Source: Tubulanus polymorphus (Eukaryota > Animalia > Nemertea). Taken from it: DNA of 64,000 bases. The translations under genes were made by a program, and so were the position numbers. The DNA lies in assembly GCF_964204645.1 (NCBI RefSeq), contig NC_134034.1, forward strand, positions 11,110,962 to 11,174,961, in the 5' to 3' direction. Each line of letters begins with the position of its first letter. The stretch's first letter is position 1. The notes under the pieces were generated by a model. The model was not told the DNA's origin. It made no database searches and was given only the letters and a program-made list of their open reading frames with translations. Shown piece after piece: positions 13,720 through 25,582 of the stretch.

Positions 13720-15189
13720 CTTGGAATTTTTCCGGTTTTTTATCCTTGAATAATATCTATGTATTAAGTTAACAGAATTAATTTAATTTAATTTTCTAAA
13801 TATGAATAGGAATTGCATTGAGATGTCTAAAGGGAGGAGGCTGATAGACGGACCGACCCCGTCAATCACTCATCACACCCTGTGCTGTCCTATCTCCACC
13901 CCTTATATCACATCATGTACCTCCCAACCTTCCACAGACACCACCCCCGACCTCACCTTCACCTTTACAACACCAAACATCCTGACCCCACATTAGGGTC
14001 CGATCTAAGTACTTGTCCGATTGCTTGGGACAAGTATATTCTCATCAGGGCAAGTAGGTTATCATTATCACTTGTCCCCCGGGCTAGTGCAATGTTATGT
14101 CGCAAAGCTTTTTTCCCACTCGATACAACGGATGATAGTGCCACCAATCAAACTGCATGTGTAGGGCAAGTAGCTTTTGGAGGGGGCAAGTGAAATTTTT
14201 TGATGTGCTTGCCCCCGGGCAAGTGGCTTTCATTCCTTAGATCGGACCTTGAACTTACACTTTCATATTACTCTAACTGTACCTTACTCTACCCTTATAA
14301 CAACACCCCCTACCTTACACATACCATACCAGCATCACACCTGCACCGCCCTCTACCAGCAACCTTTCTCCGTTATCATACACCTCCCCAACTATACATC
14401 GTACACTACCACATACACCCACCCCAAACAGTTCTATATCAAACTCATCATCTAATCCAGCCATATCAAACAATCCTTCATCGTCCAACCTGACCTTACC
14501 TTATCACAATGTCCTATCCTCCACTAACGTGTCAACTCCCATACCCTGTCTCATTCCATACCCAAGCGCCACACTCCTCATTCTCCTATGATTAGATGAG
14601 TAGAAATGTTACGATGTTGTAGTTAGACGGATGAGAATGATTCTTATCGCTAATGAAGATGAGAGAACAAACATTTTTCAAACTGAGGAGGAATATGTGA
14701 ACAAATAAGAGCAGTGTTACACAGTCAATATTACATGTACATCAGTTATATCTCAATTAGACTGAAACAATGAGTGAAACTTCTACAGTTACAATCTGAC
14801 ACAAATCAGACTGGGTCAGAAAACATTTTACAACTTTCTATTTTTCTATCACTTTGGTTTTAGATGTGCTTCATACGTATTCATAAATAGAATCTGTTAT
14901 CATTATTTCAATTGTTATGATTAGGTTGATTCAGTGGTCGCTGTAAGGAACTCTGATCTATAGCTGTGTGTGAAGTGAGCTGAAGATGGATACAGATACT
15001 TGCTGGAGACAAATTCAATAACCGTTATAATGATTCTATACATTTTGTTTTGGTCTTTTATGATATAAACTGAATTGTGATCCTGGACATCTTTAACTAC
15101 TCCATCAATACTTGGTATGAATGAAGACATAATTTCAACAGTTTATTTCATGATTTCGATTGGTAGAACACTATATCCGTGTTGACGCG

Positions 15190-15345
15190 ATGTAGAGAGA
15201 ATCCCACAATGATAATAAAAAGTCAGAAAATGAAATTTCGAGATAGTTTATTTCAATGTTTCGACTATATCCTAATAGTCATCTTCTGCTATCTCGAAGT
15301 TTCATTTTCTGACTTTTTATTATCATTGTGGGATTCTCTCTACAT
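15190..15345. mobile_element. Foldback element with ~57-bp near-perfect arms
   Basis: ATGTAGAGAGAATCCCACAATGATAATAAAAAGTCAGAAAATGAAATTTCGAGATAG (15190-15246) is the near-exact reverse complement of 15289-15345. Confidence 0.75.
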
Positions 15346-15484
15346 TTCATTATTTCCTGCAATAGAATTTGATAAATTGAAGAATCTGTTATTTTCATTT
15401 CAGTGTCAATCACTGCTGGGGAGTTGTAGAATCTGATATAGAACTGATTTTCACAGTCAGCTACACACATTAACCGTTAGTTAA

Positions 15485-15648
15485 GGGATCATTCATTTAT
15501 TACGTACGAATAAAATTGGAATTTTTCAACCCCCCTCCCCCTCTGTACGCAGAATCAGCCATTTTTTCATATACATTTAGCATTACAGTACGCAACTGCA
15601 CTGACCCCTCCCCCTCCCTTGATGCGTACGTAATAAATGAATGACCCC
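15485..15648. mobile_element. PIF/Harbinger-like MITE
   Basis: 24-bp TIR GGG(A/G)TCATTCATTTATTACGTACG with TAA on both flanks (3-bp TSD). Confidence 0.75.
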
Positions 15649-15685
15649 TAATACATGTTTATGGATACAATAGAATAATATTTAT

Positions 15686-15814
<129 letters not shown>

Positions 15815-16916
15815 ATCATCACACTAGTTCTACCTCCTCAGTAGCAGGAATGTGCATCCTGAGGAGGCAATCAGTCCTCCTACAATTACAGATTGCACGT
15901 TCTTGTGCTGCCAATCTCAAGGTGGTCAGGTGACATTGGGTCTTACTTTAGTTTAACTCGGTCTTCGCTTCTCCGGGTTGGCTCTTAGTTGCTGTTGGAG
16001 GTTGGAGCGTTGTCTTACCCGACTAGATTGCCTAACCACCTGGTATTGTTAATGATTCTACATTTTGTTTTTACCTGTTAGGAGATGACCAATTACCAGG
16101 CGAAGACCAGGGATGACCAATTTACCAACTACCAGGGATGACTAATTGCCAGATGACCAGAAATGACCAATGGCTAGGCAATGACCAGCGATTACAGATA
16201 GCCAGTATAAGTGTATGATTGATTTTCTGTTTGTGAATGAACTTGAGAACAGTCGCTGCTCTTTAATCCTATCAGTTACAGCCATGTTTTGATAAAACAT
16301 CAGCCTCTTGCACACGATCACTTGTATCTCACCTCTAACACCTAATAAATACTAATTTTTTATTTTAACTCTCAATAATCAAAACGTGGTTGTAATCGAT
16401 AGAATTAGAGATGCTATCCAGCTGGCTGATGGTCATAATTCAAAATCTTTAATCGTGTTGTAGAACAAGTTCACGGAAACTGAAATCCACGAATCTATTT
16501 TGTAAACCCGAATAAATGTATTTATTATTGTGTTGTGTTGTTTATTCAGCGCGATCAGTGGTAATTCAATCACATGATCCGCTCTTTATGTCAACTCCCT
16601 CCAAAATTCTGGATCCGGTGTAATACATTGTAGTTTTAGACCATAGAACAGAGTTTTATGTTTGGGGCCTTAAATCTTAAGACTAGTCCCAAGTACATTG
16701 CTATACATTGCTTACAGTAAAGTGATCTTCTATAACAACTACGAACCAAGCTATTAACCAGGTCTCGCAATTGCATTTAATTTAAAATTGATAATCGTCT
16801 TTCCACACTTATTGCCATTTTCCCATAATCCGGATCCAGGCTTTTTTTGGAGTGAACGCGACCTGCCCACACGTTGGCGATTTTCCCATAGACTGGTTGC
16901 CGGTCTACCTGACTGC

Positions 16917-17504
16917 TAGGGCCAAATTCAATTTTCGTATCTCGAGACTAGTGGTCGGAACTAATAACCGAATGCGCTGATTTCCGGAATATAGTTCCGA
17001 CTAACGGTCATTCGGGTCCGTTTAGTCTAACTCAGATAACCGAAGGTGGCCCTGAAATAGACTGGTTGCCGGTCTCTACCTTCAGTTATTCCTCCCGAAC
17101 TCGCTTCCACCAGCCACCCTGGGCGTACTCTTTTATGACGTCAGAAATCTCCGGTTGGCTCCACATAAAATTCTAATCACACCACCTCGACAGGAAGGAG
17201 GTTTCGGAGACTCCAGAAGTCATGTGACCAATAAAAGAGTACGGTTGGAGGCAAACGGATTCTCCGATCTGGTAAAGGAATTTCGACCCTGGGGCCGACT
17301 CTATAATCACGTCCGGATTGATATCCGGAAATAGACAGGGCCGCCTTCGGTTTTCTGAGTTAGTCGACTATAGTCGAACTAAAGGAAACCGAATGTCCGT
17401 CAGTCGGAACTAACTATAATCCGGGAATAGTTCGGAAATCAAGCGCATTTGGTTATTAGTTCCGACCACTAGTCGACTAGATACGAAAACCGAATTTGGC
17501 CCTG
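16917..17504. mobile_element. Two inverted copies of a small GGCC-terminated element (16917-17054 and 17336-17504)
   Basis: 16917-17054 is the diverged reverse complement of 17336-17504; a related partial copy lies at ~13495-13640. Confidence 0.6.
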
Positions 17505-17883
17505 CATTTGTGTTCTGTTTAAGACTGAATTGATGATGGGTGTCTCGATACCAGGGCCCCGTTTCAATCAGAATCGATGCTAAAATGGATGTGTTCGATC
17601 TGTATTTATAAATCAGTCACGCGACAGAATCGCCACATTTGACAGCGTCATAAGAACACGGACGACGCGACTGCTGTATTTGTAAAATCGGAATCGATTC
17701 ATATTTCGACGCCGAGCGTCGAGACGAGTAACGAGAAGATCGTGAAACTCTGGATGAGATACGAATAGTCAATGTGTGTGTTTATGGGTTTTGTTTCTCC
17801 TGATCGATCTTTCATTGTTGTAAAAATTAGAATAAACGTGTTTTCCTGAAGTTATGAGTCATTGATTTTTGTATCTTTAATCA

Positions 17884-20800
17884 GTGATTTTGGTTTCGAA
17901 CCTGGGACGCCCCTGTTCATCCTCTATTCAGCATCACGACCACTCGGAATCAGCATCAGTAATTACTGGGTTCGACCCCGGTACATCCTCCATTCAGCAT
18001 CAGGGCCACTCTGAATCAGTATCAGTAATTACTGGGTTCGAACCCGGCACATCCCCGTACATCCTCTATTCAGCATCAGTACCGCTCTGAATCAGTTATT
18101 AGTTATCACCTTTGTTAGATATCAACATTTTACCGTACGGTGCTGCCTCTATGCTCATCGTTAGCGGGATTTTTATACACTAACGTTAGTCAACTCTGGC
18201 AAGCTAAGGTCACGGAGTGTAACTAGACAGCGCGTTGATTGCCAAAGTTGACTTTAGTTAGTGTATGAAAATCCCGCTAACGATGAGCATAGCGGCAGCA
18301 CTGTACGGTCGGGACACCCCTACATCCTTTATTCAGCATCAGGACAACTCTGAATCACAACAATCGATGGGTTTGAACCCGGGATACCCCTGTACATCCT
18401 CTATTCAGCATCAGGTCCACTCTGAATCACAGTAATTGATGTGTTTGAACCCGGGATACCCCTGTACATCCTCTATTCAGCATCAGGACCACTCTGAATC
18501 AGTATCAGTAATTACTGGGTTTGAACCTGAGACACCCCCGTACATCCTCTATTCAACATATGTACCGCTCTGAATCACAGCAATTGATGGGTTTGAACCC
18601 GGGATACCCCTGTACATCCTCTATTCAGCATCAGGACCACTCTTAATCAGTATCAGTAATTACTGGGTCGAACTCGGGACACCCCCGTACATCCTCTATT
18701 CAGCATCAGTACCGCTCTGAATCAGTTATTAGTTATCACCTTTGTTAGATATCAACATTTTACCGTACGGTGCTGCCTCTATGCTCATCGTTAGCGGGAT
18801 TTTTATACACTAACGTTAGTCAACTCTGGCAAGCTAAGGTCACGGAGTGTAACTAGACAGCGCGTTGATTGCCAAAGTTGACTTTAGTTAGTGTATGAAA
18901 ATCCCGCTAACGATGAGCATAGCGGCAGCACTGTACGGTCGGGACACCCCTGTACATCCTTTATTCAGCATCAGGACAACTCTGAATCACAACAATCGAT
19001 GGGTTTGAAACCGGGATACCCCTGTACATACTCTATTCAGCATCAGGACCACTCTGAATCAGTATCAGTAATTACTGAGTTTGAACCCGTGACACCCCCG
19101 TACATCCTGTATTCAGCATCAGGTCCACTCTGAATCACAGTAATTGATGGGTTTGAACCCGGGATACCCCTGTACATCCTCTATTCAGCATCAGGACCAC
19201 TCTGAATCAGTATCAGCAATTGATGGGTTTGAAACCGGGACACCCCCGTACATCCTCTATTCAGCATCAGTACCGCTCTGAATCAGTTATCAGTAATTAC
19301 TTTTGTTAAGATATCAATATTTTACCGTACGGTGCTGCCTCTATGCTCATCGTTAGCGGAATTTTTATACACTAACGTTAGTCAACTTTGGCAAGCTAAG
19401 GTCACGGAGTATAACTGGACAGCGCGTCGATTGCCAGAGTTGACTTTAGTTAGTGTATGAAAATCCCGCTAACGATGAGCATAGTGGCAGCACTGCACGG
19501 TCGGGACACCCCTACATCCTTTATTCAGCATTAGGACAACTCTGAATCACAGTAATTGATGGGTTGAACCCGGGACACCCTTGTACATCCTCTATTCAGC
19601 ATCAGGACCACTCTGAATAACAGCAATTGATGGGTTTGAACCCGGGATACCCCTGTACATCCTCTATTCAGCATCAGGACCACTCTGAATAACAGCAATT
19701 GATGGGTTTGAACCCGGGATACCACTGTACATCCTCTATTCAGCATCAGGACCACTCTGAATCAGTATCAGTAATTACTGAGTTCGAACTCGGGACACCC
19801 CCGTACATCCTCTATCCAGCATCAGTACCGCTCTGAATCAGTTATCAGTAATTACTTTTGTTAAGATATCAATATTTTACCGTACAGTGCTGCCTCTATG
19901 CTCATCGTTAGCGGAATTTTTATACACTAACGTTAGTCAACTCTGGCAAGCTAAGGTCACGGAGTATAACTGGACAGCGCGTCGATTGCCAGAGTTGACT
20001 TTAGTTAGTGTATGAAAATCCCGCTAACGATGAGCATAGCGGCAGCACTGTACGGTCGGACACACCTACATCCTTTATTCAGCATTAGGACAACTCTGAA
20101 TCACAGCAATTGATGGGTTTGAACCCGGGATACCCCTGTACATCCTCTATTCAGCATCAGGACCACTCTGAATCAGTATCAGTAATTACTGAGTTTGAAT
20201 CCGGGACACCCCGGTACATCCTCTATTCAGCATCAGGTCCACTCTGAATCACAGTAATTGATGTGTTTGAACCCGGGATACCCCTGTACATCCTCTATTC
20301 AGCATCAGGACCACTCTGAATCAGTATCAGTAATTACTGGGTTTGAACCTGAGACACCCCCGTACATCCTCTATTCAACATATGTACCGCTCTGAATCAC
20401 AGCAATTGATGGGTTTGAACCCGGGATACCCCTGTACATCCTCTATTCAGCATCAGGACCACTCTTAATCAGTATCAGTAATTACTGGGTCGAACTCGGG
20501 ACACCCCCGTACATCCTCTATTCAGCATCAGTACCGCTCTGAATCAGTTATTAGTTATCACCTTTGTTAGATATCAACATTTTACCGTACGGTGCTGCCT
20601 CTATGCTCATCGTTAGCGGGATTTTTATACACTAACGTTAGTCAACTCTGGCAAGCTAAGGTCACGGAGTGTAACTAGACAGCGCGTTGATTGCCAAAGT
20701 TGACTTTAGTTAGTGTATGAAAATCCCGCTAACGATGAGCATAGCGGCAGCACTGTACGGTCGGGACACCCCTGTACATCCTTTATTCAGCATCAGGACA

Positions 20801-23800
20801 ACTCTGAATCACAACAATCGATGGGTTTGAAACCGGGATACCCCTGTACATACTCTATTCAGCATCAGGACCACTCTGAATCAGTATCAGTAATTACTGA
20901 GTTTGAACCCGTGACACCCCCGTACATCCTCTATTCAGCATCAGGTCCACTCTGAATCACAGTAATTGATGGGTTTGAACCCGGGATACCCCTGTACATC
21001 CTCTATTCAGCATCAGGACCACTCTGAATCAGTATCAGCAATTGATGGGTTTGAAACCGGGATACCCCTGTACATCCCCTTTTCAGCATCAGGACCACTC
21101 TGAATCAGTATCAGTAATTACTGGGTTCGAACTCAGGACACCCCCGTACATCCTCTATCCAGCATCAGTACCGCTCTGAATCAGTTATCAGTAATTACTT
21201 TTGTTAAGATATCAATATTTTACCGTACGGTGCTGCCTCTATGCTCATCGTTAGCGGAATTTTTATACACTAACGTTAGTCAACTTTGGCAAGCTAAGGT
21301 CACGGAGTATAACTGGACAGCGCGTCGATTGCCAGAGTTGACTTTAGTTAGTGTATGAAAATCCCGCTAACGATGAGCATAGTGGCAGCACTGCACGGTC
21401 GGGACACCCCTACATCCTTTATTCAGCATTAGGACAACTCTGAATCACAGTAATTGATGGGTTGAACCCGGGACACCCTTGTACATCCTCTATTCAGCAT
21501 CAGGACCACTCTGAATAACAGCAATTGATGGGTTTGAACCCGGGATACCCCTGTACATCCTCTATTCAGCATCAGGACCACTCTGAATAACAGCAATTGA
21601 TGGGTTTGAACCCGGGATACCACTGTACATCCTCTATTCAGCATCAGGACCACTCTGAATCAGTATCAGTAATTACTGAGTTCGAACTCGGGACACCCCC
21701 GTACATCCTCTATCCAGCATCAGTACCGCTCTGAATCAGTTATCAGTAATTACTTTTGTTAAGATATCAATATTTTACCGTACAGTGCTGCCTCTATGCT
21801 CATCGTTAGCGGAATTTTTATACACTAACGTTAGTCGACTCTGGCAAGCTAAGGTCACGGAGTATAACTGGACAGCGCGTCGATTGCCAGAGTTGACTTT
21901 AGTTAGTGTATGAAAATCCCGCTAACGATGAGCATAGCGGCAGCACTGTACGGTCGGACACACCTACATCCTTTATTCAGCATTAGGACAACTCTGAATC
22001 ACAGCAATTGATGGGTTTGAACCCGGGATACCCCTGTACATCCTCTATTCAGCATCAGGACCACTCTGAATCAGTATCAGTAATTACTGGGTTTGAACTC
22101 GGGACACCCCCGTACATCCTCTATTCAGCATCAGGTCCACTCTGAATCACAGTAATTGATGGGTTTGAACCCGGGATACTCCTGTACATCCTCTATTCAG
22201 CATCAGGACCACTCTGAATCAGTGTCAGCAATTGATGGGTTTGAACCCGGGATACCCCTGTACATCCTCTATTCAGCATCAGGACCACTCTGAATCAGTA
22301 TCAGTAATTACTGGGTTTGAACCCGAGACACCCCCGTACATGCTCTATTCAGCATTTGTACCGCTCTGAATCACAGCAATTGATGGGTTTGAACCCGGGA
22401 TACCCCTGTACATCCTCTATTCAGCATCAGGACCACTCTTAATCAGTATCAGTAATTACTGGGTCGAACTCGGGACACCCCCGTACATCCTCTATTCAGC
22501 ATCAGTACCGCTCTGAATCAGTTATTAGTTATCACCTTTGTTAGATATCAACATTTTACCGTACGGTGCTGCCTCTATGCTCATCGTTAGCGGGATTTTT
22601 ATACACTAACGTTAGTCAACTCTGGCAAGCTAAGGTCACGGAGTGTAACTAGACAGCGCGTTGATTGCCAAAGTTGACTTTAGTTAGTGTATGAAAATCC
22701 CGCTAACGATGAGCATAGCGGCAGCACTGTACGGTCGGGACACCCCTGTACATCCTTTATTCAGCATCAGGACAACTCTGAATCACAACAATCGATGGGT
22801 TTGAAACCGGGATACCCCTGTACATACTCTATTCAGCATCAGGACCACTCTGAATCAGTATCAGTAATTACTGGGTCGAACTCGGGACACCCCCGTACAT
22901 CCTCTATTCAGCATCAGGACCACTCTGAATCAGTATCAGTAATTACTGGGTTTGAACCCGAGACACCCCCGTACATCCGCTATTCAGCATCAGTACCGCT
23001 CTGAATCAGTTATCAGTAATTACGATATCAATATTTTACCGTACGGTGCTGCCTCTATGCTCATCGTTAGCGGAATTTTTATACACTAACTAAAGTCAAC
23101 TCTGGCAAGCTAAGGTCACGGAGTATAACTGGACAGCGCGTCGATTGCCAGAGTTGACTTCAGTTAGTGTATGAAAGTATGAAAATCCCGCTAACGATGA
23201 GCATAGCGGCATCACTGTACGGTCGGGACGCCCCTACATCCTTTATTCAGCATTAGGACAACTCTGAATCACAGTAATTGATGGGTTTGAACCCGGGACA
23301 CCCCTGTACATCCTCTATTCAGCATCAGGACCACTCTGAAGAACAGCAATTGATGGGTTTGAACCCGGGATACCCCTGTACATCCTCTATTCAGCATCAG
23401 GACCGCTCTGAATCAGTATCAGTAATTACTGGGTTCGAACTCGGGACACCCCCGTACATCCTCTATTCAGCATCAGTACCGCTCTGAATCAGTTATCAGT
23501 AATTACTTTTGTTAAGATATCAATATTTTACCGTACGGTGCTGCCTCTATGCTCATCGTTAGCGGAATTTTTATACACTAACTAAAGTCAACTCTGGCAA
23601 GCTAAGGTCACGGAGTATAACTGGACAGCGCGTCGATTGCCAGAGTTGACTTTAGTTAGTGTATGAAAATCCCGCTAACGATGAGCATAGCGGCAGCACT
23701 GTACGGTCGGACACCCTACATCCTTTATTCAGCATTAGGACAACTCTGAATCACAGCAATTGATGGGTTTGAACCCGGGATACCCCTGTACATCCTCTAT

Positions 23801-25582
23801 TCAGCATCAGGACCACTCTGAATCAGTATCAGTAATTACTGGGTTTGAACCCGAGACACCCCCGTACATCCGCTATTCAGCATCAGTACCGCTCTGAATC
23901 AGTTATCAGTAATTACGATATCAATATTTTACCGTACGTTGCTGCCTCTATGCTCATCGTTAGCGGAAATTTTACACACTAACGTTAGTCAACTCTGGCA
24001 AGCTAAGGTCACGGAGTATAACTGGACAGCGCGTCGATTGCCAGAGTTGACTTCAGTTAGTGTATGAAAGTATGAAAATCCCGCTAACGATGAGCATAGC
24101 GGCATCACTGTACGGTCGGGACACCCCTACATCCTTTATTCAGCATCAGGACAACTCTGAATCACAGTAATTGATGGGTTTGAACCCGGGATACCCCTTT
24201 ACATCCTCTATTCAGCATCAGGACCACACTGAATCAATATCAGTAATTACTGGGTTTGAACCCGAGACACCCCCGTACATCCTCTATTCAGCATAAGGAC
24301 CACTCTGAATCACAGCAATTGATGGGTCTGAACCCGGGATACCCCTGTACATCCTCTATTCAGCATAAGGACCACTCTGAATCACAGCAATTGATGGGTT
24401 TGAACTCGGGACACTCCTGTACATCCTTTATCCATCAGGACCACTCTGAATCACAGCAATTTATGGGTTTGAACCCGGGATACCCCTGTACATCCTCTAT
24501 TCAGCATCAGGACCACTCTGAATCACAGCAATCGATGGGTTTGAACCCGGGACACCCCTGTATATCCTTTATCCATCAGGACCACTCTGAATCACAGCAA
24601 TCGATGGGTTTGAACCCGGGACACCCCTGTATATCCTTTATCCATCAGGACCACTCTGAATCACAGCAATCGATGGGTTTGAACCCGGGACACCCCTGTA
24701 TATCCTTTATCCATCAGGACCACTCTGAATCACAGCAATCGATGGGTTCGAACCCGGGATACCCCTGTACATCCTCTATTCATCACCAGGACCACTCTGA
24801 ATCAGTATCAGTAATTACTGGGTTTGAACCCGGGACACCCCCGTACATCCTCTACTCAGCATCAGTACCGCTCTGAATCAGTTATCAGTAATTACTTTCG
24901 TTAAGATATCAACATTTTACCGTACGGTGCTGCCTATATGCTCATCGTTAGCGGAATTTTTATACACTAACGTTAGTCAACTCTGGCAAGCTAAGGTCAC
25001 GGAGTATAACTGGACAGCGCGTCGATTGCCAGAGTTGACTTTAGTTAGTGTATGAAAATCCCGCTAACGATGAGCATAGCGGCAGCACTGTACGGTCGGT
25101 ACACCCCTGTTCATCCTTTATCCATCAGGACCACTCTGAATCACAGTAATAACTGGTTTTGAACCCGAGACACCTCCGTACATCCTCTATTCAGCATCAG
25201 GACCACTCTGAATCAGTATCAGTAATTACTGGGTCGAACTCGGGACACCCCCGTACATCCTCTATTCAGCATCAGAACCGCTCTGAATCAGTTATCAGTA
25301 ATTACTTTTGTTAAGATATCAACCTTTTACCGTACGGTGCTGCCTCAATGCTCATCGTTAGCGGGATTTTTATACACTAACGTTAGTCATCTCTGGCAAG
25401 CTAAGGTCACGGATTATAACTGGACAGCGCGTCGATTGCCAGAGTTGACTTAAGTTAGTGTATGAAAATCCCGCTAACGACGAGCATAGCGGCAGCACTG
25501 TACGGTCGGGACACCCCTGTACATCCTTTATTCAGCATCAGGACCACTCTGAACCAGTATCAGTAATTACTGGGTTCGAACC
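17884..25582. repeat. Composite tandem array: 72/76-bp satellite interspersed with 13 copies of a 178-bp foldback
   Basis: Monomer GGGTTTGAACCCGGGATACCCCTGTACATCCTCTATTCAGCATCAGGACCACTCTGAATCA(CAGCAATTGAT/GTATCAGTAATTACT). Foldbacks start at about 18132, 18762, 19324, 19879, 20584, 21222, 21777, 22558, 23038, 23530, 23931, 24919 and 25329. Confidence 0.95.

Noticed and set aside
14590-15470. Decayed coding sequence on the minus strand
   Set aside because: Short broken frames with no motif I can recognise; needs BLASTx.
24256-24876. 206-aa and other repetitive ORFs in the array
   Set aside because: Translations of 69/72-bp satellite monomers, with frames broken by the 76-bp monomers.
17884-25582. 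CRISPR-like repeat/spacer array
   Set aside because: The sequences between repeats are themselves repeats rather than unique spacers, the context is eukaryotic and no cas genes are present.
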